A stretch of 64,000 bases of DNA from Adineta vaga (lineage: Eukaryota > Animalia > Rotifera), in assembly GCA_021613535.1 (NCBI GenBank), contig CP075493.1, positions 3,534,001-3,598,000 on the forward strand. Direction: 5' to 3'. Below the pieces are notes generated by a model, which saw only the letters and a program-made list of their open reading frames with translations, was not told the origin of the DNA and did no database searches. The first letter of the stretch is position 1; the number at the start of each line of letters is the position of its first letter. Made by a program: the position numbers and the translations under genes. Positions 1-13,154 of the stretch are shown here, piece after piece.

Positions 1-1954
1 TTTTGTGGTTTAAGAGAATTTCTATCTCAATTAGCTTATGCTCTACTCTATTCAGCTCTATTATGTCGATATATCATGCAATGGTTAGGTTCAAGAATAT
101 TATCTAGACGAACAAAACAATTAACATCATTATTAATCTATTTATTACTAATTTTTATTCAAATACCAATTGGTATACTTTGGTGGTATTTTACAATTCC
201 ACGTCTATGTCAACAACGAAGAATGAATATCTTATTATCATCATCGAATATTCCAAAATTAGATTTTTATTTTCGACATCCACTTACATCATCATCATTA
301 TTAAAACCATGTTCTAATCGTTGTATTGTTGATTATCGTTTTTATGCTACATTTACTTATACAATTATTCAATTATTTCTTTGTACAATGATTTCTACAT
401 GTTTATTTTTCTGTCGACATTGCCATCGAGATCGACCACGAAATGATACACCGTCGATCAATGGAAATAATCCTATTTTAACATTTTTAAATATGTTAGC
501 ATTTATTCTAATCGATCTGATTTGGTTAACATGGACATTAATCTATTATTTTACACATCCGTTTTTCGTATTTCCATCCATTATTATCGGAATGTTTTTA
601 ATTGCATCCATTTGTTTATTATTTATTCTTCTTCCACAAATGTATTATTATTCGAAATTGAAATTTAATGATGTTAATACATATAAAACAAAAGCAATTA
701 TACCATCAACTACATTATATAGTAATAAATTAGCATCAACGGATGATATGAATGATCAAGAAGGTTTATTGAATGGAAAAACAAATCAATCGAAGAAGAA
801 ACAACATAAACTATCGAATGCAAGTGAAGGTTCAGATGAATTAGGAGCGAGTGGAACATTTTTACCAATAACACGAACGCCTAAAGGACAATTTAAAGTA
901 AAAACAACAACAGCAACTGATACGAGTACGCCAGTTGAAAAACTAGATAAATTAATTTATGGTGAACATCATCATACATCCATTACATCGAACAATGTAA
1001 ATGAATCAGGTCTTAATGATAGAAAAGTAAATGCATCAGTTACAAATATAACAGAACAACGATTAGAACCACCTGTTACTGCTCCATTACAACGTCAAGT
1101 ATGTGCAATAATTTGTTCCTTTTGTAAAAGTTATATTCATAGATAATTCTTCTTTTTTCTTCCTCTTTAAGTTAACATCAAGTAGTATTGCGTCAGATTT
1201 TGTCACACCTGTGTTAATGACTAAACATCATCATCCTCATCCTCATCCTCATGGATCTGATTCTTATCGAACAATTAATCCAAATATTCAAACATCATCA
1301 TCTATGTATTATTCAGCATATCCTCCACCACGTCGTGATGAAACAATTATACCAATTCTATGTACTTCTGATCGTCCAAGAACATCTACACCTGTTCAAA
1401 TGCGTTTTGGAGTCAATTCAACACCATCATCCGTTCCAACAACACGACGAATACATTCCGGTACTGATCTTCGATATATTCGTCATCCCTATCATCATAT
1501 CTATCCACCTCCACCACCACAAACTACTCCACCATATTATTCTCCTCAACCACAACAATATCTTTTTGTTGATCCATATCGAACAATGCCGTCACGAATC
1601 GGTGGTAATACATGGCATTCAGTTTTATTACAACCGCGAAGTGCATCACATCGTCAAACACCATCAACACCTTCATCATCTTATCGACGATTTCATATGG
1701 ATAATCGTTCATTATCACAACGTCTCTGGGATATTGATAGTGGCGATGATGACGATGAAGTCGAAGAAGATATTATTAAAGTTGTTGGCCGAGAAACTCC
1801 AACAAAAGAACAAATTACTGATTTACATAGTGATCATTTTGAAAATGAAGGTAAAATCTTACTTCATATTGATGATGATGATGATGATGGTGATGGCGAT
1901 GATGAACATGATCAAGAAGATAATTCTTATAGAAAACAATATGCGCACGTTTAG
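1..1954 (+). CDS. Class C (7TM_3-like) GPCR, 5'-partial, with a long low-complexity cytoplasmic tail
   Basis: Frame open from base 1 (FCGLREFLSQLAYALLYSALLCRY resembles class C TM3). Further hydrophobic helices end in LLPQMYY (TM7-like). One intron ~1099-1171 joins the Pro/Ser/His-rich and acidic tail ending at 1954. Confidence 0.6.
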
Positions 1955-2582
1955 CTAATGCTTTTTTTGTGATATATTTTTTTGTATTTCAAGCATGAGT
2001 ATAGAAGAAATAGCTCAATGTTTCTTATTGTCATATAAAAAAAAAGTTCCTTTTCTTTCGTTTCTTTGTATTACTTTTGCTGTTGTTGTTTTCATGAACA
2101 GTGCAATGTTTCTTATTCTCTTGTTTTGTATTTTCAAGTAGCTCTTTATTAATATCAATGTCCGTCTTGTCGGTTATTTTAACAGATTAGAAAATGAATA
2201 TATCAAACATTTTTGTAGAATATATCAATGAAATTATATCGTTCAAATATGTATTACATCAAAACAAAATCTTAAAATTACGATCAATCGGAAAACGAAC
2301 TATTTTCAAGTTCATAGCCTAGAGCGAAACATAGTAGCAGACGCTCTTGAAGTCTTACTGTATTCTTATTGCTTCAGAACTACTGCGACACATCATCTGT
2401 ACTAGTAATCGTGACAACTTGATTCTCAGTCGTTTTGAAAGAAATGTAATCATGCACTTCTATATTAGTAAATGTATGACATCTGTATTCAAGATTAGAT
2501 TTGTTTATTCGTTCTTTTATTTTCCCAAGCATTGATTGATTGATTGAATTGAACTAGTTCAGTCTTATCATCGATAGAGAAA

Positions 2583-3689
2583 ATGGCTGTATCATGGACA
2601 ATGATGCTTCGAAAACATCATGGAGTTATAATTGAATCAGAAATTTGTAAATCAATTTTCAAAGCGATTCATCAACCAACTCAACAAACAATTTGTGTGT
2701 AAATATCTGAAATCGATTCCTTCCTTTTTTTCTGTATATTGAATTGTTTATCTAGAAAAAGTCTTCCACTTCTCAGTTCATCTTCACTCAATGAAGTTTA
2801 TCTTCTTCGTACCATTCTTTGTCATGATGATAAACATACAATTCATCCAAATATTTTATCCCTTTTATCAATCAAATATTTACCTTCAACATCGATTAAT
2901 AATTCCATTTATTTCATCTTTGATTATGTATCAAATCGTGATTTAGCTACACATGGACTATTACATGGTGGTACAGAAAAACAATTAACTCATGAACAAA
3001 TTCAAACTTATCTCTATCAACTTCTTTCAGCATTAATTTATTGTCATGATCGACTTGTTTATCATTGTGCAATTGAATTAAAACATCTCTTAATAACACG
3101 TACAGGACAACTAAAATTATCAAATTTTGAATATGCAAAACATGCAGCATGGCCAACAATGAGAATTGATCTGAGTAATGTATGTATGAAGTATTACATT
3201 AACAAATTAATCAATTGAAATGAATATTTTGTGGTAACTTAGATTTCTTGTTTTGAACAATCTCCTCCAGAATTACTACTCGGTGATCGAACATTGAATT
3301 ATTCATTGGATATTTGGTCAGTTGGTTGCGTTTTTGCACAACTATGTTCATCGACTCAAATTGAACCCTTGTTTCATGGAAATCATCAAATTGAATTACT
3401 CTTCTCTATATTTTCTATGATGGGTACCTATCGAAATGTGTTTTCTTTAAATATCGATTTTCTTTTTCATTAAGGTACACCATCAGTTGATATTTGGCCA
3501 TTATTTCCTAAATATTCATATTTTAATGCTGAATTTCCACGATGGCCAAAACGAAATGATCATTTATATGAATTAACAAAATTAATTGGAGCACAAGGTT
3601 TAGATATTCTGAAATATTTACTTGTTTACGATCCTAAACAACGATTAACAGCAAGAACAGCTTTACAACATCAATATTTTAATCGATAG
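2583..3689 (+). CDS. CDK1/2-like kinase-fold protein, predicted pseudokinase (4 exons)
   Basis: Introns 2699-2755, 3180-3242 and 3424-3474 give a continuous frame: ICVK, SLNEVYLL, HPNI, YLYQLLSALIYCH, PPELLLG, DIWSVGCVFAQL, PLFHG, GTPS..WP, FPRW, LVYDPKQRLTARTALQHQYF. HRD is HCA and DFG is NFE. Confidence 0.85.
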
Positions 3690-4132
3690 AATTTGTTTTG
3701 TATTTCTAGATACAGGATGTTTTATTGTCCCATATTGAATATCTATACTTTTGTTCACAGAAAGAGAAAAAAAACTTTTCTTGATTTCTAATGGGGATAA
3801 GATGATAGGAAATGATTCGCAGTTAACGGTGAATATCAAAATTTAATCAACGAAATGGAATTCTATATTCTTTTTCATACCGGAAACAACCATAACGACA
3901 TAAAATATTCATTATTCAAGGAAAGAGTTTTGACGAGTACGCGCAGGTAGAACGATGATTCACAATGTACTTATGCGTCGCTTGAATGCACCAATAGTAG
4001 ATTCTTCTTTCAATTAGAACACATCAGTTAATCCACCCGACCGTTGTTGTAGATCATTGTTACAATTATCATAACGATTCAACGATCAAAAGAAGATTAA
4101 GTTTTGTTTGGAACGTAGAGTAAAGTATAAAT

Positions 4133-4662
4133 CTAAATTCTTCTCCATAAACAACAAATAAGAAATAACCAAATAAGAAAGTGATTTGTTCTATAAAATG
4201 ATTTCGTTCGATTGCATAATGGTGTATCACAACAATATATACATTCTAATTTCTGTTCATTATCATCTGTATAAACACAATTTGAAACAGGTGTATTTAT
4301 CATTGATTGAGTTTTATCTTTCCATGAACATAAACCTTTTGGTGCACAATCACGACGTAAATATGTTTCAACTGATCGATAACTGATTACTAATTTTCGA
4401 CATTCATATTCACCAGTATAATCTCCATTTTCAGAATCATCACAATTCTTTACATATGACAATGCTGTTAATGAATTTGAATCAAAAAATCGACATGAAT
4501 CTGCATGATCAGCTATAGAACTCAACGATAGAAACAAGAACAATGAATAACAAAAGACTTACTGTATCCAACTAATGGTTCAATACATGTATAACATGAA
4601 TGATTACTTATTGAGATGACTAATTTGAATTTCAATAAAAATATGAGGAAAAATATTTGCAT
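4133..4662 (-). CDS. Ly6/uPAR three-finger protein (quiver/sleepless-like), signal peptide plus GPI signal
   Basis: Exon 1 MQIFFLIFLLKFKLVISISNHSCYTCIEPLVGY, a short intron, then a Cys-rich domain ending CIYCCDTPLCN and a hydrophobic C-terminus. Confidence 0.8.
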
Positions 4663-5439
4663 GGAAATTTTCTCGACTAATATCGATCGTTTTCCCATCC
4701 TTCATTGGATCAATAGAGCAAAGTCAAGTTTCTTCAGAAGTATGCTTTCCTCTTTTTCTTCCATATGCGCATTCTTTTACTCCTATTTTCCGAAGTTGTC
4801 ATTATTGCTTTTTTCTTCTAAACTATAATTTCTTTCTTCTCATTTCTCTTTCACACGCACTTCTGAACAATCACCATTGTTACGATACCGTACATCTACA
4901 TGCATTCTTTTCTTTTTCATTAATAATAATAATAATATAATGTATTTCTCTTGGTAGACAAAATACTCTATTCGAACAATTCTGTTATTGTTATTGTTGC
5001 TTATTCATTATTTTCATAGAAAAAATATATGACTTGAACGATAAGAAGGAAAACAATGGATTAACCAAGAAATAAGTGGTTAACCATTTCTTTACACGGA
5101 ACGATTAATCAAATATTCATTTATGTTTTATGAAGCTAATAAAGCACAATGAGTAGTTCTGATATACGACTGACTAGTTATGAACGTATTTAATGAATAG
5201 AAATAATCGACTCTGATATTACATGTATGTGTCAAGTCCAAATAGTTATCAAATGTCAATTAATTTTCAATAGATGAACGAAATGTTGTATGACATGGTA
5301 AATTACCGACATCTACATTCTTTCGATCCAGAATGGTTATTACTCAACAACCAACAAGAACATCTTTTAGTTTATTCTCTCTTCATCTTTTGTTCGTAAT
5401 TGCATTACATTTTACTAAACGATTACGAAAAAATCTATC

Positions 5440-8400
5440 ATGCCGCCTGTTGAATTACCGGGAAGTACGGGCGAAGGAACTACTGCACAACCAACAACGA
5501 TAACACCTGTTCCAGCTGCGTTTGTACCACCAGCAGTAAAAGCAAAAATCGGTATTATTTATCCACCACCAGAAGTTCGAAGTAAGATCATTCATTGCTT
5601 AATTCGAAATTACTAAATGTGATCTTTTCCTATATATTAGATATCGTCGATAAAACAGCTAGTTTCGTTGCTAAAAATGGTCCAAGTTTCGAAAGTAAAG
5701 TTAAGGAAGCAGAAGCCAATAATTCGAAATTTAATTTTTTAAATTCTCATGATCCTTATCATGCGTATTATTTACACAAAGTTAAAGAATTTATGGAAGG
5801 AAAAGGAGCGGCACCGGGTACTGCTGAACAACAATCAGCAATTGCACCAACACCATCGATGCAACCAGCTACTACTAAAGTAAACATATTTCTTGAAAGT
5901 ATAAGCATTTCTAAGATTTAATTTTAGGTTCCAACAAAAGTTCAAAGTGAAATATCGAAATTTCTTGAACCAATTATAATCAAAGATCCACCGAGTGAAT
6001 ATGAATTCATGATTGAACCACCATCAATATCAGCTATTGAACTGTATGTTTTTTTTGCTTACCTTGTATCTCGAAAAGTTAGTTTTTATTTTAGTGATAT
6101 TGTTCGATTAACTGCTCAATTTGTTGCTCGTAATGGTCGTCAATTTTTAACATCACTCATGTCCAAAGAAGCACGTAATCCTCAATTTGATTTTCTTAAA
6201 CCTGCACATGGTTTATTTAATTATTTTACGAAATTGGTTGAACAGTATACGAAAATTCTTATTCCACCACGAGATTATGCAGCGAAACTAACAAATGATA
6301 TTGAAAATCAACAGAAAATTATGGATGAAGTAAACTATCGTGTTGAATGGGTGAAACATCAATTGCGCGAAAAAGCAAAAGAAGAAGAAGCCGTAGAAAA
6401 AGAACGAGGTAGATAAAAAGAAGATTCATTCATTTAGAAAATAGTAAGTTTTATTTTTATTTATTTTATAGCGGCATATTCTCAAATTGATTGGCATGAT
6501 TTTGTTGTCGTTGAAACAGTTGATTATCAACCACAAGAACAAGGCAATTTTCCAGTAAGTTAAAATATCTTAGAGAACGTTTTCCGATGCATTATCAAAA
6601 TTGTTCTCATTCATTTTAGCCTCCAACAACTCCGGACATGGTCGGTGCTCGAATGCTTCTTCAAGAACGGTTCGATCGCAATGTAAGTTATTTATTTCAT
6701 ACGAGTTTGATTGATTTTTTTCAAATTTTTCTTCTAGAATTTTCAACATATTACATCAACAACAATGATGAATATGTCTGATCTAGCTGCTGAAATGGAT
6801 ATGGGATCACCACCACATTCACCTCCATCTGCTATGATGTCAAATGTTAATATGCAAGAAATGGATATGGATCAAGATGATGATGATATGAATACTCCTC
6901 AAGCTCCACAACCATCTCGTAATATACCATCTGCACCTACAATGATATCTCGTATTTCAAATAATCAACATCCATTTCCACCACCATTACCACCTGGTTT
7001 ACCAACAACTGGTCTACCACCTGCTATTCCTACGGATAAATTACCTGCACCTTTAAAACCACAAGATGTGATCATTAAAGCATACAATCCAAAAGGTAAA
7101 ATACACCCATAAAACATATTTATTCTCTAATTATTCACTTTTTCTTCATTACTAGATAAAATGATGACGATTAATCAAGGTGAACAATATTTAATATCAC
7201 CAATTACAAAAGAGAAAATTCCAGCTAATAGTATTTCATCTCATACAAAATATGGTAAATACTAATCGCTGTTTTTATGTCTTATATAAATGAGAAATTT
7301 TCTTTCTATTTCATAGCTTTACTTGATCCAATATGGATTCAACGACGAGAAAAAGAAATGAATGAACAACAAGAGAAAGATCAAGTTTATGAACCAGGTA
7401 TATCATTTTCTTTCTTTTTAATCAATTAACAAATATAAAATCCTCTTTTAGGTTCATTTGTTGAACTTGAATTGAAGAAATTTGCTGAACGTCGTACAGA
7501 TATTTTTGGTACTGGTATACAAGAAACAATTATTGGTCGAAAAGTAAAAGAAAATCGTTCTTCTCTATTTATACATATCATATTTTCTTGTTTATTGTTT
7601 TATTCTAGATTGGTGAAGAAGATCGACGTGCTGATGATAAAGTTCAATGGGATGGTCATACTGCGACAGGTGAAATTTCTTTGTAGTTTTGATTTATAAC
7701 TGTTCAGTTTCTTTGTTTTTTCTTTAGCTGAAAAAACATCGAAAAAAGCAATGGCTAATATTACGATGGAAGATCAAATCAATGCTATTCATCGTAGTCA
7801 AGGTCTTCTTGATGATGATGCTTCAGCTGCTAATCGTATTGGTCCAACCATACCCAAACCAACATCAACAACATCCTCATCAACATATTCTTCGACAGCG
7901 AAAACTATTCAAAAACCACCACAACTTTCATCTTTAGTAGCCAAACCAATGGTTTCTATGGGTGCAACAGCTCAACGAACAATTGTAGCTACACCTATTA
8001 TTTCACGTCCTGGCATTCAACCAGTTGCTATACTTCCTCAAGCAACACATACTATGGTTGCTATGCAACCTGTAGTCGCTGTAGCACCGCAACCACCTAT
8101 ACATCCTCCACCATTAGCAGAAGAACCATCTGCAAAAAGAATCAAAACAGAAGATCAACTTATGCCGGAAGAAGAATTTTATCGGCGATTCGGAAAAGTA
8201 ATTATTTAATAAATTCTTCTTGTAACTATAAATGAACATATTAAAAACTATGTATGATTTCTTTTAGAACCAAGTCACTATTACAATACAATTACCAATT
8301 GTTCCAGAAAAACCTGAATGGAATCTTAATGGTCAAGCTTTACCTTTAACTTTACCAATAACCGATCCTGTAAGTAACTTTGACTTGATTTTCTTCAAAA

Positions 8401-8600
8401 TGTTATCTTTTTCTTGTTATTAGATTTCGGTAATCAAAGCGAAATTATCTGATTTATTAGGTGGAATGCCAGCTGGAAAACAAAAACTTGTGTATAATGA
8501 TATGTTTGTGAAAGATTCCAATTCACTTGGCTTCTATAATATGGTCAAAGGTTCAGTTGTTTATCTACAAATGAAAGAACGTGGTGGACGAAAAAAATAG
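5440..8600 (+). CDS. SF3A1: Splicing factor 3A subunit 1 (two SURP domains, PRP21 region, C-terminal ubiquitin-like domain)
   Basis: IGIIYPPPEVR, IVDKTASFVAKNG, IVRLTAQFVARNGRQFL, IDWHDFVVVETVDY, AERRTDIFG and C-terminal KERGGRKK*. Many short introns. Confidence 0.97.
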
Positions 8601-8726
8601 ACTTGTTCAATCAGTTGTTGTTTCTGTATTTGTGTCTGTGTCTGTGTGTGTGTGTGCGCGCGCGTCTTTATCAATGGTTATTGAAAAGTGTTAAATAAGA
8701 ATAAAACTCTCTTTGTCTTGTTCTAG

Positions 8727-10100
8727 ATGTCTGACAAAATAAAGATTAAATTTCAACAAACTATACATGCTCTTGATGTATTAGCATATAATCAAAGATT
8801 ATTAAGAGATAATATTAATGAAGATGGTTAGTTAGATAATTGTTTTTGTTACTTCGAAGATGTTCGAATAATATGAAATATTTAGATCTGTTGATTTGGG
8901 TGAAACGTTATGTAGATCAAAGAAAGGTTGTAAAACAACTTGAAAATCAATTGAAATGTGCCATATCAAAAACAAAATCACAAAGGTGAAATATATTGAT
9001 CTATTAATTTTTGAATGAGATTTGTTTTGGTTTCGATTGAATATAGTCAACAGATCCATGATCAACGAAAACGACGTTTAGACTCATCCAATCGTGCCAT
9101 GCGACTCGTAAGTGTAGTTCGAGAAATGGACAAAACAAATGTGTTTGATTTTAGCACAAAACTCTCGAAGAAATCTATGATCTAATCAATTATCGTGGTC
9201 AACATACATCACCTATTGATCAATTACATTATATAAAAAGATTATGTGAAGATAAACTAAGGTTTGCTTTCTATTCATCAACAAAGCATAATGTCTTTTT
9301 TGTAGAGAAGATAAATTAGTCTTATCTGATGAAGATGATGATGATGATGAAATTGATAGTCATAATTGTACGATTGATGATGATGATCAAAATGATAGTC
9401 TTATTATGCATCCACGTGTTGTTCTTTCTCAAACTTCAGTAAAAAAACATCCATTAAATCATTCTAATAATAGAGATTTACATGAAACAATTGTTCCATT
9501 GAAACGTGTTCGACACGAAGATACACAAGAATTTGTGACAAAAACAACGATCGATTGTTATAATACGACTCGACCATTTAAAATTACAACTGATATTAAA
9601 GTGATTGATAATTCATCATTATCAACAACAATAAATAGTACAAAAACTGAATCAATTTCATCATCCATGGAACAAACAATACCATCAAAAGTATGCACAA
9701 CAACAACAACAACAACAACACATCGATTTATTTCGAAGAAGATTTTCAAACCTGAAACATGTTTCGTGGTAAGAATTTCATACTAAAATTTCATTTAATA
9801 TTCGAAATATTTTAGTGTCTCAAACGAATTAATTTTGGTTCTGTATCATATCGTTGTTCACATTGTTCTCAATCAAGTCATGCTGATTGTAAAGAAAATG
9901 CTGATACAAATTGTAAAACATTGTTAAACAAAGCCATGTTACCACCTTATTCACCAAGAACACCTCTTATCCAATCATCAAAAACGACTCATCGTCAACG
10001 AATGGTCAATTCAGAACCACGAAAGACTCTTCTATCCTCATCTCATGTTTCCACCATTCAACGACGTTTACCATTCGAACGTATGATCTTATTGAAATAA
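8727..10100 (+). CDS. CYK-4/RacGAP1/Tumbleweed-like protein (N-terminal region, coiled coil, C1 domain) lacking the RhoGAP domain
   Basis: Spliced product: FQQTIHALDVL..VKRYVDQRK, coiled coil QIHDQRKRRLDSSNRAMRLHKTLEEIYDLI, EFVTKTTI, C1 domain HRFISKKIFKPETCFVCLKRINFGSVSYRCSHCSQSSHADCKENADTNC, stop at 10098-10100. Confidence 0.75.
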
Positions 10101-10752
10101 TAATCCTAAGCAAAATTGATTCTCTGATTTATTCGATAGTAATTCATAAACACGCACAGTATTTATTTTTTTTGTATATGTATATATTTGCATGTGCGTT
10201 GTATGATGAAAACATATTTGTAAACAAGTAGCGTTTGTTTGTTTTTTCTTTTTGTTATTGTTAAATTTGGTTAATTTATATAAATTGTTATATGCATAAG
10301 AAAGAAAAAAGAACTTGGAAATAAAAGCTTTTTATTAGTTTCTTACAATAGAGACAGCACTGTAATAATCCGGAAAAGAAAACAACTATCAAACAAGAAG
10401 AAAAAAGGAAATCTACTGTTCTAAAAATGAATAAAGAAATGAAAGAAGAGTAAAACGTTTTTTCGTAAGTTATATCTCTTTGTGTTCTCTTATTAACACT
10501 GGGCGGATTCGAACAAAAAAAAAACAAGACGAAGTCAGAGATTGCACAAAAAAAGTGTTTTTTTTTTCAAGAATAACAATAACAGATATGGAATGAACTC
10601 GATGGAATGTTTTATCTATTATTACAGAATAAGATATCAATTGAATTTGATTAACAAAAAGAAAAATAGGCTTTTTTTTATCAACATTTTACACGTTCAA
10701 TGAGAAGAAAAAGATAAAAATATATTTATATAGATATGAAAATAAGATTTGA

Positions 10753-12726
10753 CTACAAATGAGTTGTCGACTGTAGCGATGATGTCGTTGTATCAAGTGA
10801 TATATACATAGATTCATATAATTTATCATTTTCAAGATTTTCAACAAATAAATCAGCATAATCGGCGTGTTCAGGATCCAGTTGACCACATGGATAACGA
10901 AGAACATCGGTAGAATTCGAACGAATTGGTGTATGCTTAATAGATCATCATGTTGATAAGTTCGAGTTTAGTTTTCTCATTGAAAAACTTACCGTATATT
11001 TATCAATAAGTTGAATAAGATTTTCAAATAATTCTTTTTTTGCACCACCTAAAAATCGATAAGTATGTCCTTGTGAAGTTACTTCAATAAGTAAATGACG
11101 ACAATGATCAGATGCATGATAAGATAAAACATAACCGAACATTTTCTCACTAACACGAATAAGATAAGTACCAATTGGTTTGGAAACGAGAAGTTTTTCA
11201 GTATAAGATCGTGGAATAATGCCTAAGAAAGAGAGTTTATGAACGATTTGAATCATTTGATAAGAAGAATTTTACCATGAAACCATGGATAGATTTCCCC
11301 ATTTGATGAACGAAATGTACCATAAGGTATTTCCTTGATACAAAACCATTGACGAATATCTGCACGGATTATTGCTGTTGATGGTTTACTAAAAATTCAA
11401 GAGAAAAGATAATGATTTTTAGATTTCGATGTTTCATACGATCGTGACTTTTCAGATGATTCTTGTTTAGTTTCATTAGAAGGAAGAATTGGAAAAGCTG
11501 GTGTATCATTATCTGAATGTTCAATTTCTGTTTTCTTTTCTATTGGTATCGAACGATTTGATGATTTCAAAATGATCGGTTGTAAAGTAAAAGTAATATG
11601 ATCATTTGTATCAAGACAAACATTCGATTGAATTGATTGACGATGAAAATATTCTCGTGCTCGTTGAGCAGCTTCACGTCTATCTTGATCAGCTTTTTTT
11701 GCACGTTGTTCAATTTCATGATAGAATAATTCATCAACAAAATCCGATTGAGTAATATGAAGTGGCGATGGCTGAGAACGTTGTTTCTGTAAAAATTCAG
11801 TTTCTTTACTCTAAAAAAAACATTTATATTTCATTAGAGATATTTTTAAGAAAAAATCTTTTGAAAATATACCAATGCTAATCGTTGAGTATCTAATTCA
11901 AGTCGTTCGAATAGACGACGTGCTTCTTGAATATTATTGGAAATTTCTTCAATTTGTTTATTTCTATAAAATAAAGAAAAGTAAAATAATTGTTTTGTCT
12001 TTCTAGTCGATCATTCGTAGAATCTTCAAATATGACATTCAACTAGGAAGCTTATTCAAACTTTAGCAAAAAGCTGTATTTGGTCGTAAAATAGTACACT
12101 TACATACAACAAAATCTTCTTTTTCTTTCATAAATTATCTAAAAATATGTCCAATCATTTTTTTTTCATTGAGATGAAATTCTACTAGACTCCATTTTCT
12201 TTTTGATATATCAATCTTCGTTTTTTCCCTACTGGTAACGAATCATCCAAACTATTACTTACTCATCACGATGTACTGTAAAATAAACGCCATTTTTTAC
12301 TGGATTGTTATTATTTCTATTAGAAACAATCAATAAAACAGACAATCGAATAGAATATATACAATTGTACCTCAATTGATTATCAGTATCGATATTTTCG
12401 TTATTGATTCTAAAATAAGACAAGTTCTTAATGAATAAAAATGAAACGATAATTGACCTCTGATTGAATTGTTCATAATGTTGTTCCGGAGATTCATCCA
12501 TAACCCAACACCATTCATTTCCATCAGCTCCCAATCGAAATGTGACCTGTTTCTTTTTTTTATTTGGTTTTTCATTTATAATTCTTGCTTCATTGTCTTC
12601 TCGTTCATGATATCTTCGAACTTGTTCTTCACGCATCTTACAGAAAAGTAACTGTTTTTGATCATCTGGCAATTCATCAAGTATATCTCGTGGTATGTAG
12701 AGATCATGTAAGATCTGTGCGAGCAT
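10753..12726 (-). CDS. SH2D4: SH2 domain-containing protein 4 (SH2D4A/B-like)
   Basis: N-terminus MLAQILHDLYIPRDILDELPDDQKQLLFCKMREEQVRRY, KQVTF (RVxF-like), C-terminal SH2 WFHGIIPRSYTEKLL..GTYLIRVSEKMFGYVLSY..CRHLLI, LRYPCGQ. Ends STTHL*. Confidence 0.9.
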
Positions 12727-13154
12727 CTCATGCTAGAAAATTCAATAAAATGTAAAAGAAAATATTTTGTTTGTCATGAACATCAAGGTTTTTTTCGCCT
12801 ACATAAATCAAACTAGATACGAAATGATCACACGGAGAACAGTAAAGAAAACTGATTGGTTATTTTATCAGCCATGATACTTGTATGAATGAACTCAATT
12901 CATTACGACAGAAATATCATTGGTTAAATAATATTATAGAACAGAACATATATATAGGAAGTCAGTCAATCGGTGTGTTTTGAATTATTTCATTTCAGTG
13001 AATTAATGAAATAACAATTGAATCTAGCGAGATATGTCCTATATAGAGAATCATTTTGGCGCAAAAAATGATGTTTGTGAGAACTATACTTTTTTTCGAA
13101 TGATTTCAAATCATTTATAGATAATCATTATTTTTGTGAAAAATCTAAAATCTA

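Noticed and set aside
1251-1958. 235-aa His/Ile-rich ORF overlapping the GPCR tail
   Set aside because: Alternative-frame shadow of CAT/CCA/GAT-rich codons; no domain signal.
5055-5090. Imperfect inverted repeat AATGGATTAACCA...TGGTTAACCATT
   Set aside because: Short, AT-rich and single-copy; not enough for a MITE or structured RNA.
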